Shown here piece by piece: positions 37,926 to 52,445 of a DNA stretch of 64,000 bases. The stretch spans positions 8,680,001-8,744,000 of the forward strand of contig OX597818.1 in NCBI GenBank assembly GCA_951406725.2, in the 5' to 3' direction. Source of the stretch: Octopus vulgaris (taxonomy: Eukaryota). A model generated the notes under the pieces. That model saw nothing but the letters and a program-made list of their open reading frames with translations, did not search any database and was not told where the DNA came from. Positions within the stretch are counted from its first letter, which is position 1; each line of letters opens with the position of its first letter. The translations under genes were made by a program, and so were the position numbers.

Positions 37926-38342
37926 TGTAAATACTTAAATGAGATTCTTACTGCATATATGCATCTATAAAATCATGATTTTTGATGAACTTAAAATAAT
38001 TATAAATTTATTTTACTACCTATTTTGAACACTTTCATGTAAACTGCTTAAACAAAAAGACCCTCTTAATATTTTCTTATCATTGTCAAAGATTGTATGT
38101 TTTTAACATTTTCTTATCATTATAAAAAACTGTATGAGTGTATTTTAATACAACTTTATAACCATTTCTTTTAAACACAACAAAGGTTATATAAAGCTTT
38201 ACATTTTTCTTTTGATCATCTTTTTTTAAAGAAGGGAAACCGGTCAAGTCAATAAACATGTTTAAAAGATCTCTGCATCTTCAAATACTCTTCTCTACAT
38301 ATTTTCACTCGTGTAGTACCTTGAAAGTTTACTTTGTTTTAC

Positions 38343-38434
<92 letters not shown>

Positions 38435-38479
38435 GCACTAAAGAATTATAGGCCCAATTCGACCGAGATGCAGGAGATG

Positions 38480-39320
38480 AAAAAGAGCCTTGACCTAATT
38501 ACAACATTCGCAAAGGATATAGTGTAGGAGCTTGGCCGGGATAAATGCTATATGGTCCAGAACATGCGGAAAACTATGAAACAGACTTGCAGCCTGTCTA
38601 CACCAATGACTTGATTGTTTCCCCTATATTTGACGAGGAAGGTTACAGTTATCTATTGATGGATGAAAACATATCTTACAATGACACTTTTAACAAAACA
38701 CGTGTCACTAGTAAATATTACAACTGAATAAAATGATTTAGACCTCAGAACTCTGCAGTCAATTAAACAGCAGCCTGCAATGTGTTTGCAGTGCCAGTAC
38801 TCATACCAACATTTAGGCTGCTTTATTCGACGTTTCAGAACCATTGATGTGAAAACCCGAAAAATGCTAAAACGAGTACAAAGCGGCAGAGGCCTAACAT
38901 CGATCCAAAATGTCCTTGAATGTCGTATCATATCCCTTCGGCAACATCTTTTAAACACTAAATATGGAAGTGCATATCTTAACCAAGTTTTCATACATGT
39001 GGCTGATAACATCATAAGACATGAAAGGCAGCTCTTTGAGCTACAATCCTTGTTTAATAACCTTGAATACATGCCCAAATAAGTCACATGACTCCACCGT
39101 CACGTATCATCAGATGAAAGGATAAGCATATATAAGACTATGCATGGCTATGTTAGTATGGATATGTTAGTATGAAAGCTCCGAGATGCTAGTAACATCG
39201 ATCATCAAAGCAGTTCCTCATGGTACAATAGCCGTATTACAACCTGCAGCTTTGAAGGGTATGCGTTTGCAATACAGGAACATGAAATATTAAACAAATA
39301 CTTGATGCACAGAAGGGATA
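38480..39320 (+). mobile_element. R4/Dong-like LINE fragment
   Basis: IDVKTRKML..GRGLTSI, MHGY, EGYAFAIQE motifs colinear with the 2640-3809 ORF. Confidence 0.65.
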
Positions 39321-39329
39321 GAGGTTGAC

Positions 39330-40600
39330 ACAACCTCATCTGCTGGCCCTGATGAGTTCCAGCAATTCTTCGTGGAACGCGCCCTTGTAAAATCACTGTA
39401 GCGTCTTTTTCAAAGCTTTCTTGCAAGAAGTAAGCTCCCAGACAAACTGAAGGAAGGAATAATATTCCTTGTCCCTCAAGGAGGAAGCAGTGCGGATGCC
39501 AAAAATTATAGTCTTATCTCATTGACCACACACATCAGCAAAGTCATGGAACGAACAGTCCGCAAGAAACTGATGGCATCCCTTGAAGAAAATTACTTGC
39601 TGGGGGGCACCCAGCATGGGTTTCTTCCAGGTAGAAGCTGCCTGACAGAACTCTTACAACATTACGATTGAATGTTAGAACAGCTACTAGACGATTTCAG
39701 TGTGGATGTGATATATGTAGACTTTACAAGAGCCTTTGATAAAGCCGACCGTTGTATATGTCACAAACTGCGTGAATTCGGCATATTCAGAAAACTTGGA
39801 GAGTAGCTACACAGCTTTCTAAAACACAGACCACCTGAAAGGAAGCAAAATAGCAAATGTTCCATAGGGCACTGTCGTAGGGCCACTGATATGTATAGTG
39901 GCCCTCTGAGACATGATCTCAGCTGCTCAGATAGCGAGACTTGCTAACTATGCAGATGACACAAAATTCTCTAAGACACTACACCATCGTAGAAATATTG
40001 TGCATCTGCATCGGGAATTCAATGAAATATACAGATGAACTGAGGACAGTTTAATGCAGGATACACTTGCCCGGGAGGGATTGTAATCTTTGAATCAAAA
40101 TCGGTGCGTGTCATGGGTATGTTTAGGATGCATATTTGCAGGTGCATATTACTAATTCGGTCATAAAGTGCAGACAGCTGGTTTGATAAATCTTCCGACC
40201 TTTCAAATCTTGAGAAAATGGAACTATGATGGCCCGTCCGAGGGTAAACATAATTAGCCGCTTGTACAACTGCTCCTAACTATGGCCACCAGTACACAGT
40301 ATAAATTTAATGGCGGAACTCGAAGCTATCCAACGAAGCTACACAAAGAAAATCGTTTCACTGCAACATACCAAGACTAGACACTGCAACAGCTCGGGTT
40401 TCAAGGGCTCACAGCTCTTCAATATTCTTTGAAAGTGCATGAGAGTCTTGCATGGGGCGGATATAGGTGTTTTCAAAACAAAACTGGATCACCACCAGTC
40501 AAGAGTTCCAGATGAGCCTAGCACACGGCAGGAAACATAGATGAAAGCAGCAGTATCAAACACCCTCCTTCACCAAATGCCACATATCAGAAGAGGTTTC
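39330..40600 (+). mobile_element. CR1/L2-like LINE RT remnant
   Basis: ISLTTHISKVMER, QHGFLPGRSCLT, DVIYVDFTRAFDK, GTVVGPL, YADDTK in order. Confidence 0.8.
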
Positions 40601-40687
40601 AAATAATAGTGTAGCATATCCAAAAATAGTGTCCCAGGATGACCGCAGCTTTAAAGTTGAAACAATTTAAAGATTGAAAATTATCGC

Positions 40688-40843
40688 AGCTGCGGCCGTG
40701 GAGTAAGAAGCTTGCTTCCCAACCACATGGTTTCTGGCTCAGTGCCACAGTGTGACACCTTGGGCAAGTGTCTTCTACTATAGCCTCGAGCAACTAAAGC
40801 CTTGAGTTGATCTGGTAGATGGAAACTGAAAGAAACCCGTCGT
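40688..40843 (+). mobile_element. SINE family A 5' fragment
   Basis: Diverged head and GGGCAAGTGTCTTCTACTATAGCCTCG core. Confidence 0.8.
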
Positions 40844-41055
40844 TGTAAACATTATTATTAAGATTACAATAAAAATGTTCGCCTCAAAAAAACGTTTTTA
40901 CGTTACTTGTCTTGTGTTTCATTTGTTTCTTTAGTTGTTCACAAAAAGTGTTCGTATTCTATGTTTTCGTATTTATTTACATTTTATGATGCCCTGTACC
41001 CACATATGCATATGTATATACATATATGTATGTATATATGCATACATATATGTAA

Positions 41056-41113
<58 letters not shown>

Positions 41114-41349
41114 TTTATTATTATTATTTTATGATTTAACGCCACGCATCAACTTCCAAGTAAGTTTATATATATATATTATTTTATTTGTTTCATTTTA
41201 ATTAGTCGAACAAATCGACCCCAGGACTTATTCTTTGTAAGCCTAGTACTTATTCTATCGTTTCTTTTGCCGAACTGATAATCGACCCTTCCTCTTCCCC
41301 AAACTAGTTGGCCTTGTGCCAAAATTTGAAATTATTGTGATAATTAATT

Positions 41350-41600
41350 AAGGCGGCGTCGTGGCAGAATCATTAGCAGGTCGGAGAGAAGTACTAGGTG
41401 ACATATTGTGTGGGGTCGTGGCAGAATCATTAGCAGGCCGGAGAGAAGTACTAGGTGACATTTTGTGCATATATACATTCTAAGTTCAAATTCCGAGTTT
41501 GACTTTCATCACATCAAGGTTAATGAAATATATACTAGAGGAGCACTGGGGGCGAATTCACTCCTCGCTCAAAATTTCTGGTCTTCTGCCACAATTTGAA
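41350..41600 (+). mobile_element. Degraded tRNA-like SINE (third family) with ~59 bp tandem duplication of the head
   Basis: GTCGTGGCAGAATCATTAGCAGG.CGGAGAGAAGTACTAGGTGACAT twice; GTTCAAATTCCG B-box-like motif. Confidence 0.55.
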
Positions 41601-41891
41601 ACCGTACTATGAAAAATCCCGGTGTATGTTTGGGTTTTATACACAATTGCACATACTTTGTGCATGAGAAACCCGTATCATTTTAACTAGTTGTCCATCT
41701 TCACATGTCATAATATGTCATATTAACACTACGAATTACATTATATCTATGCGTATACTTGTTTATGCATACACTTTTCTCTATATATATCATCTGCTTA
41801 TTAATATGAAATAATCAGATTCGATATCTGTTGCTTGCCTGCCTACCATTATAAATACCTACATAGCTATATCCATAAATACATACATACA

Positions 41892-42012
<121 letters not shown>

Positions 42013-42363
42013 GCATATACATGCACACAAACACGTGCAAACGCGTACATGTATATGTACGTATGTATATATGCCTCGTATTTCTATTCGCTTTTGATCT
42101 CTTACTCCGTACAATTTGTTGTTCAAAAGATTCGTTCCTAGAATATTTAGAGACACTGCGATTCATTAAAAATTATTTCTATACTTTTCAGTACCCTTAA
42201 GACATGTTATTGGTCCAAAATCATTTTTACATTGACAGGCGTAACAGACGAAAATAGATGTCTCACTCGAGAAATATGTTTCAACATTTAGACGTCGATT
42301 CCAGAAATATCATAGATTTATCAATACATATACCCATTTGTAGGCATACATACGCATATATAT

Positions 42364-42428
<65 letters not shown>

Positions 42429-42437
42429 TATATATAC

Positions 42438-42484
<47 letters not shown>

Positions 42485-44289
42485 TAAATATATATATATA
42501 AATATATAAATACATGTATATATATATGAACACATACATTTGTATATGCATACATACGCACACACTCACACACACATATATTCTTTGTGTTCTCATAATT
42601 TTAGCTGAAATAGTATTGAATACATTGCAAGTAAAATAGAAATTTTTTTAATTTTATTTTTTCATTTTTTTCGTTGATGGTTCAATAAATTTGCAAGTAA
42701 AGACCCCAGTCCACAAAGAAAGGATTTTATAAGTCTATACTATAGAGGAAAAGAAAATACAGAAAAGAGCTACGTAATAAGATATTCTATCGTTCAGAAA
42801 AAATTAAAATAAAACAATTTTAATTCTTAAAATAGTTTAGTTTATTATTCTTCAAATTTATCAATGTAGCCAGACGTCGTATGGTTGGAAGAGATGGATG
42901 AGTTTGCCTCTGCTCTTTGAATTACAGAGAATGGAAATATTGAAATCAATGTCTATTCAAAGAATGCATCAATACGTCAGAGATGAAAATAATCAAAGAA
43001 TTGCCACATTGATTAAAGTTGTGTTCTATGTAAAATACTCTGATTACCAAATATCAAAATACAGCCAGATACTATTTGTTTGATGAATTTATCAAGAGGA
43101 ATTAAACAAATAACAAATGAAAAAGAGGGAAAATAAAGAGAAAGATGAAGTAAGAGAAAGCAAAACAGAGAGATAAAGAATGACGAGGAACATTTTCCAA
43201 AATATGATTAAGTTACTGGACATTTTCAGTTTTCGTTTTTATTTTCGTTTTTGATTTTTGTTTTTCTTTCTATTTGATACGTTTTTCAAAAAGTCATTGT
43301 GAAGTTAGAAGATAGAAATATATAATGCCTAATGGTTAATATGCTTTTCCAAACGGCTTCATATGATTCTTTGCAAAATCTTCAGCGATATTATATCGAT
43401 TACTATAGTTAAGAAGAAAGAAACGTAAGACGTAACAAACAATTCAGCTGCCACTACTACTGAACACTGCTTAAGTTGTTATATTTTATTATTGTTTTCT
43501 TCTTCTTTTTTTTCATCTATTACATGCTATAATAGGACGCAGAGCATGGGCCTTGAGGTGACACCAAATCTTCTCAAAAAATAAGAATCTCCTGAAGATC
43601 GATAATTTGAGTTTCAAATATAAAATACCCAAGCGTTGAAGCTCGTTCCAAGTTTTAAAGAATATGCATCACCATTACACTTCCTCAATCTCTTCATTTC
43701 TTTGACTATGTCCTAACATCTATCAATTTTCTCAATTATTTGTAACTACCTCATTATGATATGGTATTGCATTGTGTGGTTGTTGCTATAGTTATCATAT
43801 AATAATCTCCATTATTATTATTGGAGAGACCAGCACATGCTATCATAGTGACGATGGGGTACAAATATACGAAGTGCAATATGTCCGTTATGAGTATTCG
43901 TCAGCTAAGCGTATCACATGTATCACACATGTATCACGCACATGTATCACAACTATATGTGTACGACATGCTGACCTCATATGAGGATAAACAGTGCATA
44001 TCCTTGTAGGTGGGGCCCAGTTACAATTTTCATGTCGAGTAGCCATCCCGCTCAAAATGGTCCTGAATAACAGTTGTTTAAAATGCTAAACGAAATACCC
44101 GTTTCCAAGGATGAAACATTCATATTCCAAAGTATGCATGTACATCATAACACTTCCAATCAGAAAAGATCAAACTCCGTGAGAGCCGCTACCTGTAACT
44201 GTATATTATCATTCTTGTTATTATTTCTCTTTATCACAAGTTTTCTTGGAGCTCCTGGAATCATGCATGCATAGCGGACTTACTACATG

Positions 44290-44620
44290 CAGCCTACACT
44301 ACCATGCTATCCGTTCTTTTCAGCTATCTAATATTTTCCTGGTTATTCCGGCCGTGTCAAAGAGGCAAATCTTTTGTAACAGTTCTACTGGGCACTCTAT
44401 TCCAATTTATATTCCCCTTGATGCTTTCTGATACTGTTCCCAAGGACCCTGCAATAATTGGCACTATCTTCACATTTTTCATTTTCCATAGCCAAGCTAT
44501 TTCATACTTAAGTGGATTCTATTTACCTATATTTTCGCATTCTTCCTTAACTATTCGTGGTTCAAAGGGGTATGCAACATCAACTATATATCGTATGTGG
44601 TGCACCTTGTCCACCACTAC
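44290..44620 (-). mobile_element. 3' RLE fragment of R4/Dong-like LINE
   Basis: Minus-strand PVVVDK..IVDVAYPF, IVPIIAGSLGTV, TAGITRKIL. Confidence 0.65.
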
Positions 44621-44779
44621 TGGGTCCGATTTTGCTAGTCTCCGACTCCGCCACTCTCTGCCTCCAGAAAACTTAACTTTTGTGTCCAAAAATTCAACGC
44701 TAATTTTTGAAAAAATAGACGTAAATTTTATGTTCGACTTAAAGCCTTATTTTTTAGCATAACACTAACAGAAATGCAA

Positions 44780-46760
44780 GAAGTCAATTAAACTATCCAG
44801 TGATCCTTTCCAGACAAAAATGACGTTATCACTGAATCGTAAGCAGAGTATTGGTTCATGACCATGTAGGGATTTGAATGTATTCAGTAACTGTGTCTCG
44901 AATTTCGTCATGAAGTCATTTGCGAAATTAACTGCCATGGAGGTAATACAAACTTCAATAACCTACAGAGAAAATTTGATGGAATAATTTTTGACCGCTT
45001 TTCGAAGGCATCAATGCATGCTTCTACCCCTTCATGGTGTTCAATATTTAGATATAACGAACAAATATTCATTGTTACCAAAAGACAGTTTTCGACATGG
45101 ATTCAGTGCTAAAAAATGTTGTTGATTTTAGACACAAAATCAAAAGTATCCCGAATATGTGAACTTGATCTTTTGGCAACAGAGAGTTGAAGGCCATCCA
45201 GCCAATTCGAAATCTTGGCTGTACAGCATTCATATCCACTGCAAATTGGGTATATTGGAGGAAATCTATCGAACTTTTTGTGTAATTGAGGAAAACCATA
45301 AAATACGGCTGTTCTTTCTCACCGTAAAATCCTATATTTTGCCTTATTAATGAAATGGTTTTCCTCCATTTCCAGAATTATTTTGTCAAGTTTCTCTCTG
45401 TAATTGGGGTTTGGATCGACAGGTAATTATTCATGTCAAGTTTTGTCACTTAAAACTTCTGCATAAGCCGAAATATACTCAACTTTCTTCATAATGACTA
45501 TAGCGCCTCCTTTATCCGCCATTTCATTAACAATAGACACAGTGTGCGTAACGTTGGGAATTTATGAGGTTATTCCGAGATTTCTTTCCAATTGTTTTAA
45601 GACTTTCCCTCATGCCTGTCTGACAAGATTCAAGGATTCAAGTAGTGCTTAACAACGTTCGTCCCGAACTTTATCTGGATACCAGTTGGGATTCTATTCA
45701 ATCCAGTTATGCCAGATGCTATCATAATTTTGTATATCCTTATGTGAAACGCGGTTACAGTGCATCACCATTAAAGGAAATCGCAAATGAAATAGCTAAG
45801 ATTAGCAAAGATAATTAAAACTTCAAGCAAACACAATACAATATGTGATAGAATTCCTTTAGTGATTAACTGGCACCGAAATTTCGCAAGCATTTCAAGT
45901 GTTTCATGAACGTTACCAACACGGGGTAGAAAAATATCCTCATTTCAAACAGATATTTCCTCAGCCGCCCATTTAACCTTTAGACGGAATAAGAACATGA
46001 GAAAATTTTTACTTCAATTTTTGACTCCAAGAAAACTAACAATGGAGTAACTGCACGCTGTTCATTAAAAAACAGCCGCAAGAGAAGTAAGCCCTGTTCA
46101 TTGTGCGACAACATGTGTCAAGTGAATTCCATCAAGAACAATAACAGAAATGTAATGATTTATAGAGAAGGTGGGACATGTAGAGATTCCCATTTGGTGT
46201 ACCTGGCAGAATGCTCGAAACAACTTGATTTATGTTGGTTGTACAACAGAACAACTATACAAATGATTTAATGGGCACCAATTCGACGTCAGGCAAAATA
46301 ACAGTAGTTCGACATAACTTGCCGAACATTTCGTTTCAATCTGCTGCAATTTTGAAAAAGACTTGAAAGTGCATATTCTCCAAAAATAGTCTGAATCTAC
46401 TTCACTTTTACTTCTCAAAATGCATGAGGAGAAATATGTTTGCGGGTTATTAACATCACGCCCTGGAAGAATGAATAAAATAAATAATACGACAGGAGAC
46501 TATCACCAAATTTACACAAAATTGTTTGATTAAATATTTTTCTTTTTTTCTTTTATGTTTTTTTCTGTCTTTTTCTTTTCCTCTGTTATAAAACTGAAAC
46601 TCAAAAACTGATGATGACATTCTATGAACTTGTGGACGCTTGCTGCTCTCATTCAGACTTTAGATCTGAATTCTATAATTTTGAATTTTTATCACTTTCT
46701 ATTTTGAACTCGCCAAAGACAGGCTTGCTGTTGAAATATCGTTCAACCAATAAAATATTT
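44780..46760. mobile_element. Penelope-like remnants (RT on - at ~44780-45650; C-terminus/GIY-YIG and terminus on + at ~45700-46760)
   Basis: ADKGGAIVIM (~45490-45520, -); YLAEC (~46200, +); hammerhead-like TTGAAC..GAAATATC-GTTCAA at 46704-46746. Confidence 0.55.
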
Positions 46761-46799
46761 ATTGTTATCGCATCGCGCTTTTCGTCTTGTCTATTATTA

Positions 46800-49490
46800 T
46801 TGTTGATGTTCTATATTTTGTAGTTTCAGGAATATTTCTACTGCCTCACCCGCTACACCTCTGGTTCCTGAGGTGTGATCAACATTGTGTTCTTTTCTGC
46901 TGTTGGGAGTGTACAAACTCTTCCTGGTATTGTATTTTATCAGATTTGTTTTCTCTTGGAGTGTGTTGCAGTATTTTGTTGTATTACTGCTTGTATTGTT
47001 TTTTTTGCGTTGAGTAATGCGTTTGTTATAAGGCTTGCCGATGGAAGTTTATTTCACTGCATAATTATTGTATAGAGTGTGTCTTGCGTTTCTGGGTTGT
47101 TCTTTTCGGTTGTATTATTGAATTGGTAGTCTCTTGTGTAGGATGTGGACTATTTTTTGGATCATACTGTTGAGGATCCAGGTATAGCTTCTAGGTTTTT
47201 GTTCGTATGATATCTATATCATGTCCAATGCTCCAATTATTATTGGTATTGGTTTTACCATCATACTCTTTCGGGGTGTAGTTCCATGTTAATTATCATG
47301 TTTGTAGTTTTTCTGTCCATTTCACCAAGCTCATTCTTTGTGCATCTAACAAAACCTGCGCTGTATCTCATAAAGGAAACAGCACAACTGTTCATTATCC
47401 TGACTTTATTTTTCTGCATGCAGTCTACATCCCATAATTAACCTGGTTCTTCTGAGATATTCTCATTGAAAGATATATCTCATTTTACTTTCATTGATTT
47501 TGTCGTATTCTAAAATTTCCAGATATTTATATCCTTTAGTCTCAATATCCTTGATTTTCACGGCGGTTCCACATTGGTAACCCATCGTAACTTTCCTAAG
47601 TGTCATTGTAAGGGGCTATTAGTACAATTACAAGACGTAACGGACAAAACGAGTCGCCTTGAAATATTGCACTTTTGATATTATCTTCTCCAGGGAATAC
47701 ACTACTTGGATACAATTTGTTTTTCCACTATTTCATGTTATGCATCAGAACATTTGTGATGTTGTAAGTAACACTAAATAACTGCATGTATTTAACAATC
47801 TAAGAATGGGGCACCATATCATATGACTTCTTAAAGTCAATCCAAGTTATATACATGTTTGTATGATGATTTTTGCAATGCCTCAGAATTGTTTTATCGA
47901 TGACCAGGTGATTTTTGGTGCCCTAAGAACTCTTCCTACGTCCTTTGTGTTCCCTTGGTAGTATTTCTTCCTGTGCCAGGAAAGTATGTCTTTGCCGCAT
48001 ATATTCCAGTGAGTATCTTCCAGATTATGTTTAGGCATGATATGGAACAGTAATTTCCCACTATAGTCCCCTTCTATCTTTCATTACAAGTTTTGTCCTC
48101 CCAGTCACCATCCATGCGAATTCGGCTGCTAGTCTTTCATGCACCACATGACACCTTTTCTGACAGAATCCATGAATCCCATCTGGTCCGGGGTTTTCCA
48201 GTTAGGCACTTCTTTCACATCACCCGTGCTTATGACAATATTCCATTGTTTCTTTCATCCTTGTAATTCTGTCATGAACGTTTCTATCTATATTGCATCC
48301 CTTTTTGTGCACCAACTTGTTTACCCATATTTCTCTCTAGAACTCCTTGGCTTGATTTGCATCAGGAACAACATTTCCCCATTGTCTCCTTCTAATGTTC
48401 GAAAGAATTGCTTAGGGTCATTTTTGAACAATCAATTTTCCTCAAAGTGTTCGCAAATCTTTTGATCTTCTGGCTTGTTGCCATGATCCTCTGTTTTAAC
48501 TGCTCTATTACTGCATGAAACCGTTCTTCCGTACTTTATATTTCTTCTCTAATTTTCTCAGTCGGTCTTTTTTCCCATTTTCCATTGCTCAATATTTCCT
48601 AGATCTTGTCTTGCCCGCATTATGTTCCTTTCCATGCGTCGTTTTCAACATAATTCTTTTGCTCCATCATTTTTTCTTCTTTTATGTTGTAATTTCCCCA
48701 CATCTAGTAGGGCACAAGCTCGGAGAAGATTCCTTGTTTGTGTTATGTCCTCCATATGGATGTATAGTATGCCAATATTTATCTTTTGTGTTACTTTATT
48801 TATCATAGTCCTATCCACCCTTCTCTTATTCATGGGGATTTTTCTTCTGGAGCATTCAAGTCGGTGGGTCGTCTTTGAAATTCAAATAATTCATTAACTA
48901 GATGGTTCACTTCCCCTGCATGTCCACCCAACACTGTATCAAGGTTCACTGTATAATGTTCCTGTTCCTCATCCTTAACAGCCCCATCATCATTCCCCAA
49001 TTCCTCCCGTCTACTCTTCTCCCTGCTTCCAATTCCTACCTCTGTGTTTTGAAATCCGACCATCCTTTGTAGCCCATCCACAGAGGCTCTCCGACTCTCA
49101 CTAATCCGAGATATTTCTACTCCAGTTAAGTAAACTTTCCTCCTAATCACTCTCACTTGGTTCATTAGTTTATTTTCTGACGTTGGACACATATCCTTTT
49201 CCATCCAAACTTTCAAGGTACGCTGACCTACTCTGCGACTTCCTTGAAGCTTTGCACTTTCATGACTTTCAATAAGTGTGTCGTACTCTTCCTTCGTCCA
49301 CTTATGTCTGTTTTTGCGCACACCGTGTATGTGAACTGTTGTGATATAACCACCGTCCGAGGCCAGATCACTGCCCCTCATGCGGACGGATTTGGACGTG
49401 CCAGGTGGGAAACTTCACCATTATCGGCTATAGCTTCATTCTCACTGTTAATTCTTTCCTTTTGTTGAATCATGATTTCATGAGTTGTTC
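46800..49490 (-). mobile_element. Degraded R4/Dong-like LINE (third subfamily)
   Basis: N-terminal RHKWTKEEY matches RNKWTREEY at 5503-5940; RT ITWIDFKKSYDMVPH (~47810-47855), ISCLNIIWKILTG (~48005-48045), YKYLG (~47520). Confidence 0.8.
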
Positions 49491-49736
49491 ATGGGGTTCC
49501 CACGAGAGTTGTTATTGAGATCCCATCTTTCTCTTCCTCTCTTTATTTGTATATACACGCGCACATCTATGTACATATATACACACACACACACAGATTT
49601 ATATATATATAACGTGCTTGCATTGTCGCCTCAATAATCACAGCGATTATCATTACCACCATCGTTCTACCTATAGCATCAAAAATGATCATTAATAATA
49701 TTGGTCACATATATTGATTGCAGCATATCTTCGTCA

Positions 49737-50024
<288 letters not shown>

Positions 50025-50025
50025 C

Positions 50026-50410
50026 GGAGGCGCAATGACCCAGTGGTTAGGGCAGCGGACTCGCGGTCATAGGATTGCGGTTTCGATTCCCAGACCGAGC
50101 GTTGTGAGTGTTTATTGAACGAAAACACCTAAAAAAGCTCCACGCGGCTCCGGCAGGGGATGGTGGTGATCCCTGCTGTACTCTTTCACCACAACTTTCT
50201 CTCACTCTTACTTCCTGTTTCTGTTGTACCTGTATTTCAAGGGGCCGGCCTTGTCACTCTCTGTGTCACGCTGAATATCCCCGAGAACTACGTTAAGGGT
50301 GCACGTGTCTGTGGAGTGCTCAGCCACTTACACGTTAATTTCACGAGCTTGCTGTTCCGTTGATTCGGATCAACCGGAACCCTCATCGTCGTAACCGACG
50401 GAGTGCTTCC
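50026..50410 (+). mobile_element. tRNA-derived SINE, family B, inserted in (TTA)n
   Basis: Near-identical to 21459-21838. Confidence 0.9.
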
Positions 50411-50423
50411 TTCCTTAATTATT

Positions 50424-50581
<158 letters not shown>

Positions 50582-50599
50582 CATTATTATTATTATTAT

Positions 50600-51050
50600 A
50601 CTTTTACTTCGCATCTTTGTTACAGTCACTTTCCAAAACACACCCAGCTTCCTAGGGCGAGTGGAAGATAAGAGATCTTACAATAAGACTGAAAGCATGG
50701 GGAGTTAAGATAGTTCATGTAATACAACAAAGACATTAAAATGAATAGGGTTTCTCTAAGGATGTGGGCAGTACTTGTCCGCACAATCTTTGGGATTTTT
50801 CTGAGACATGTTTTTCTGTGATCTTATGTAGTTGTTTCTGACATCCCTGTTTTTATCATACCTAGGGTACCTACAATAACAGGAAAATTCTTGTTTTAGG
50901 ATGCCACATCTTTTGTATTTCAGTTTTCAGTTCCTTATATTTAATTAGTTTGTCAAATTCCTTGACAGATATATATTTATCAGTAGGAAGACTTACTTCT
51001 ATTAGTGTACAAGTATTTTCTTCCCAGTCTTTAATAATTATGTCTGCTCG
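50600..51050 (-). mobile_element. 5'-truncated Dong-like RLE fragment flanked by (TAA)n on both sides
   Basis: Minus-strand RADIIIKD..IEVSLPTD..KEFDKLIKYKEL..PVIVGTLGMIK. Confidence 0.8.
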
Positions 51051-51129
<79 letters not shown>

Positions 51130-52398
51130 TACAACATACTGTGGCATCGAGGATGTCCTTGTTTAAGTATATGTCAGATGTGTCTTAAAAAACAACTGTG
51201 GTATGTATTTTTAATAACGCATATTGTATTGCCTAATTTATTTATGGTCTATTTGTATTCCAATATGATGTTACCTCCTACTAACAACTTTTAACTTTTT
51301 AATACTATCACAGCATGAAAGTAATTGCTTTACTTGTGTCTCGTTAATTCCCACCTATCCCCTGAAAATTTGTTGGATTTCATATTTTCGTTTTCACTAG
51401 TATAGTTACCTTTGAAATACAGGTTATTAGCATATAAAACTGATGCATTCCATTTCAGTTTATTGATAGGAAAAGCATTTTTCTGCTCAAAACCCTATAT
51501 TTTTTAGAGGCTTCCCGCCCCTATAGATAGATGGGGTTCATTAATCGTAGATAGGTGAATAGATGGAAGTAGACCATATATACTAAATAAATTTTGTTCA
51601 ATTTAGTTTCAAACATTTCACATGGTCCGATCACCTACACGAATCACAAATATAGTCCTATAAAAGAGTTTTACACACTTGCCAAATAACTTCAAGATGT
51701 ATTTTATGGTTTTAGTCGCAAACGAGGGACACTGCAAAATTGTTCTGATAATTTAGTCAATAGCCATCTTCCATACCCACTAGTCATCAACTCGATGATA
51801 AAAAGAAATGGCGGGCAAGTAGTTTTCAGCGGTGTAATGCACCGGAAAGGATTTCGAGTAAACATCTGTGTGTAAACATTCTCCCTTCCCCTCACCATGA
51901 AATGTAAGTTAATAAAGACCATTCTTGAAACTTTCAATGGAAAAATTAAATGCTCTTAAACTACGGTGCATTTTTTCAGCACTCTTTAGGGATGATGATG
52001 AAGACAATGAGGACGACGCATACCGTAATGATGATGATGATGAAGATGAAGGTAACGACTACGACAACGACGACGTCGTCGACAACGGTGGGAGTACTCA
52101 GTCTGCTGGCCTTGTCATCGTCATAATGATGATAATGGTGGTGATGCTCTGTGCTAGAGATGATTCTGATGATTATGATTATATGTGCTGTTTAAATACT
52201 GTGCCTTAGCTGTAAAGCCTAGGACCAACTGCATTCAAAATGTGATTTCATGTCTTCTACTTTCAAACGTACTGAGTCTAGAATTGTACCAACTATAGAA
52301 TGTATTCATCCGTCTTTCTAAAAGATAAATAATGGCTAAATGGAAATTGCATTTCTATTTCTCGATGTAGAAGCTACCCAGATTTCCTCTTCTGTTAA

Positions 52399-52445
<47 letters not shown>

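Larger units (their letters stand above)
33510..38250 (+). mobile_element. Penelope-like element with ~280 bp inverted terminal arms (33510-33790 / 37926-38220), interrupted by a mariner
   Basis: RT GLPKIRKS, LRPIV, ASFDVINLY, WKRYLNDCF, IQFTME..PFLD (34120-34823); inverted arms; decayed hammerhead ending GAAACCGGTC ~38212-38245. Confidence 0.82.
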
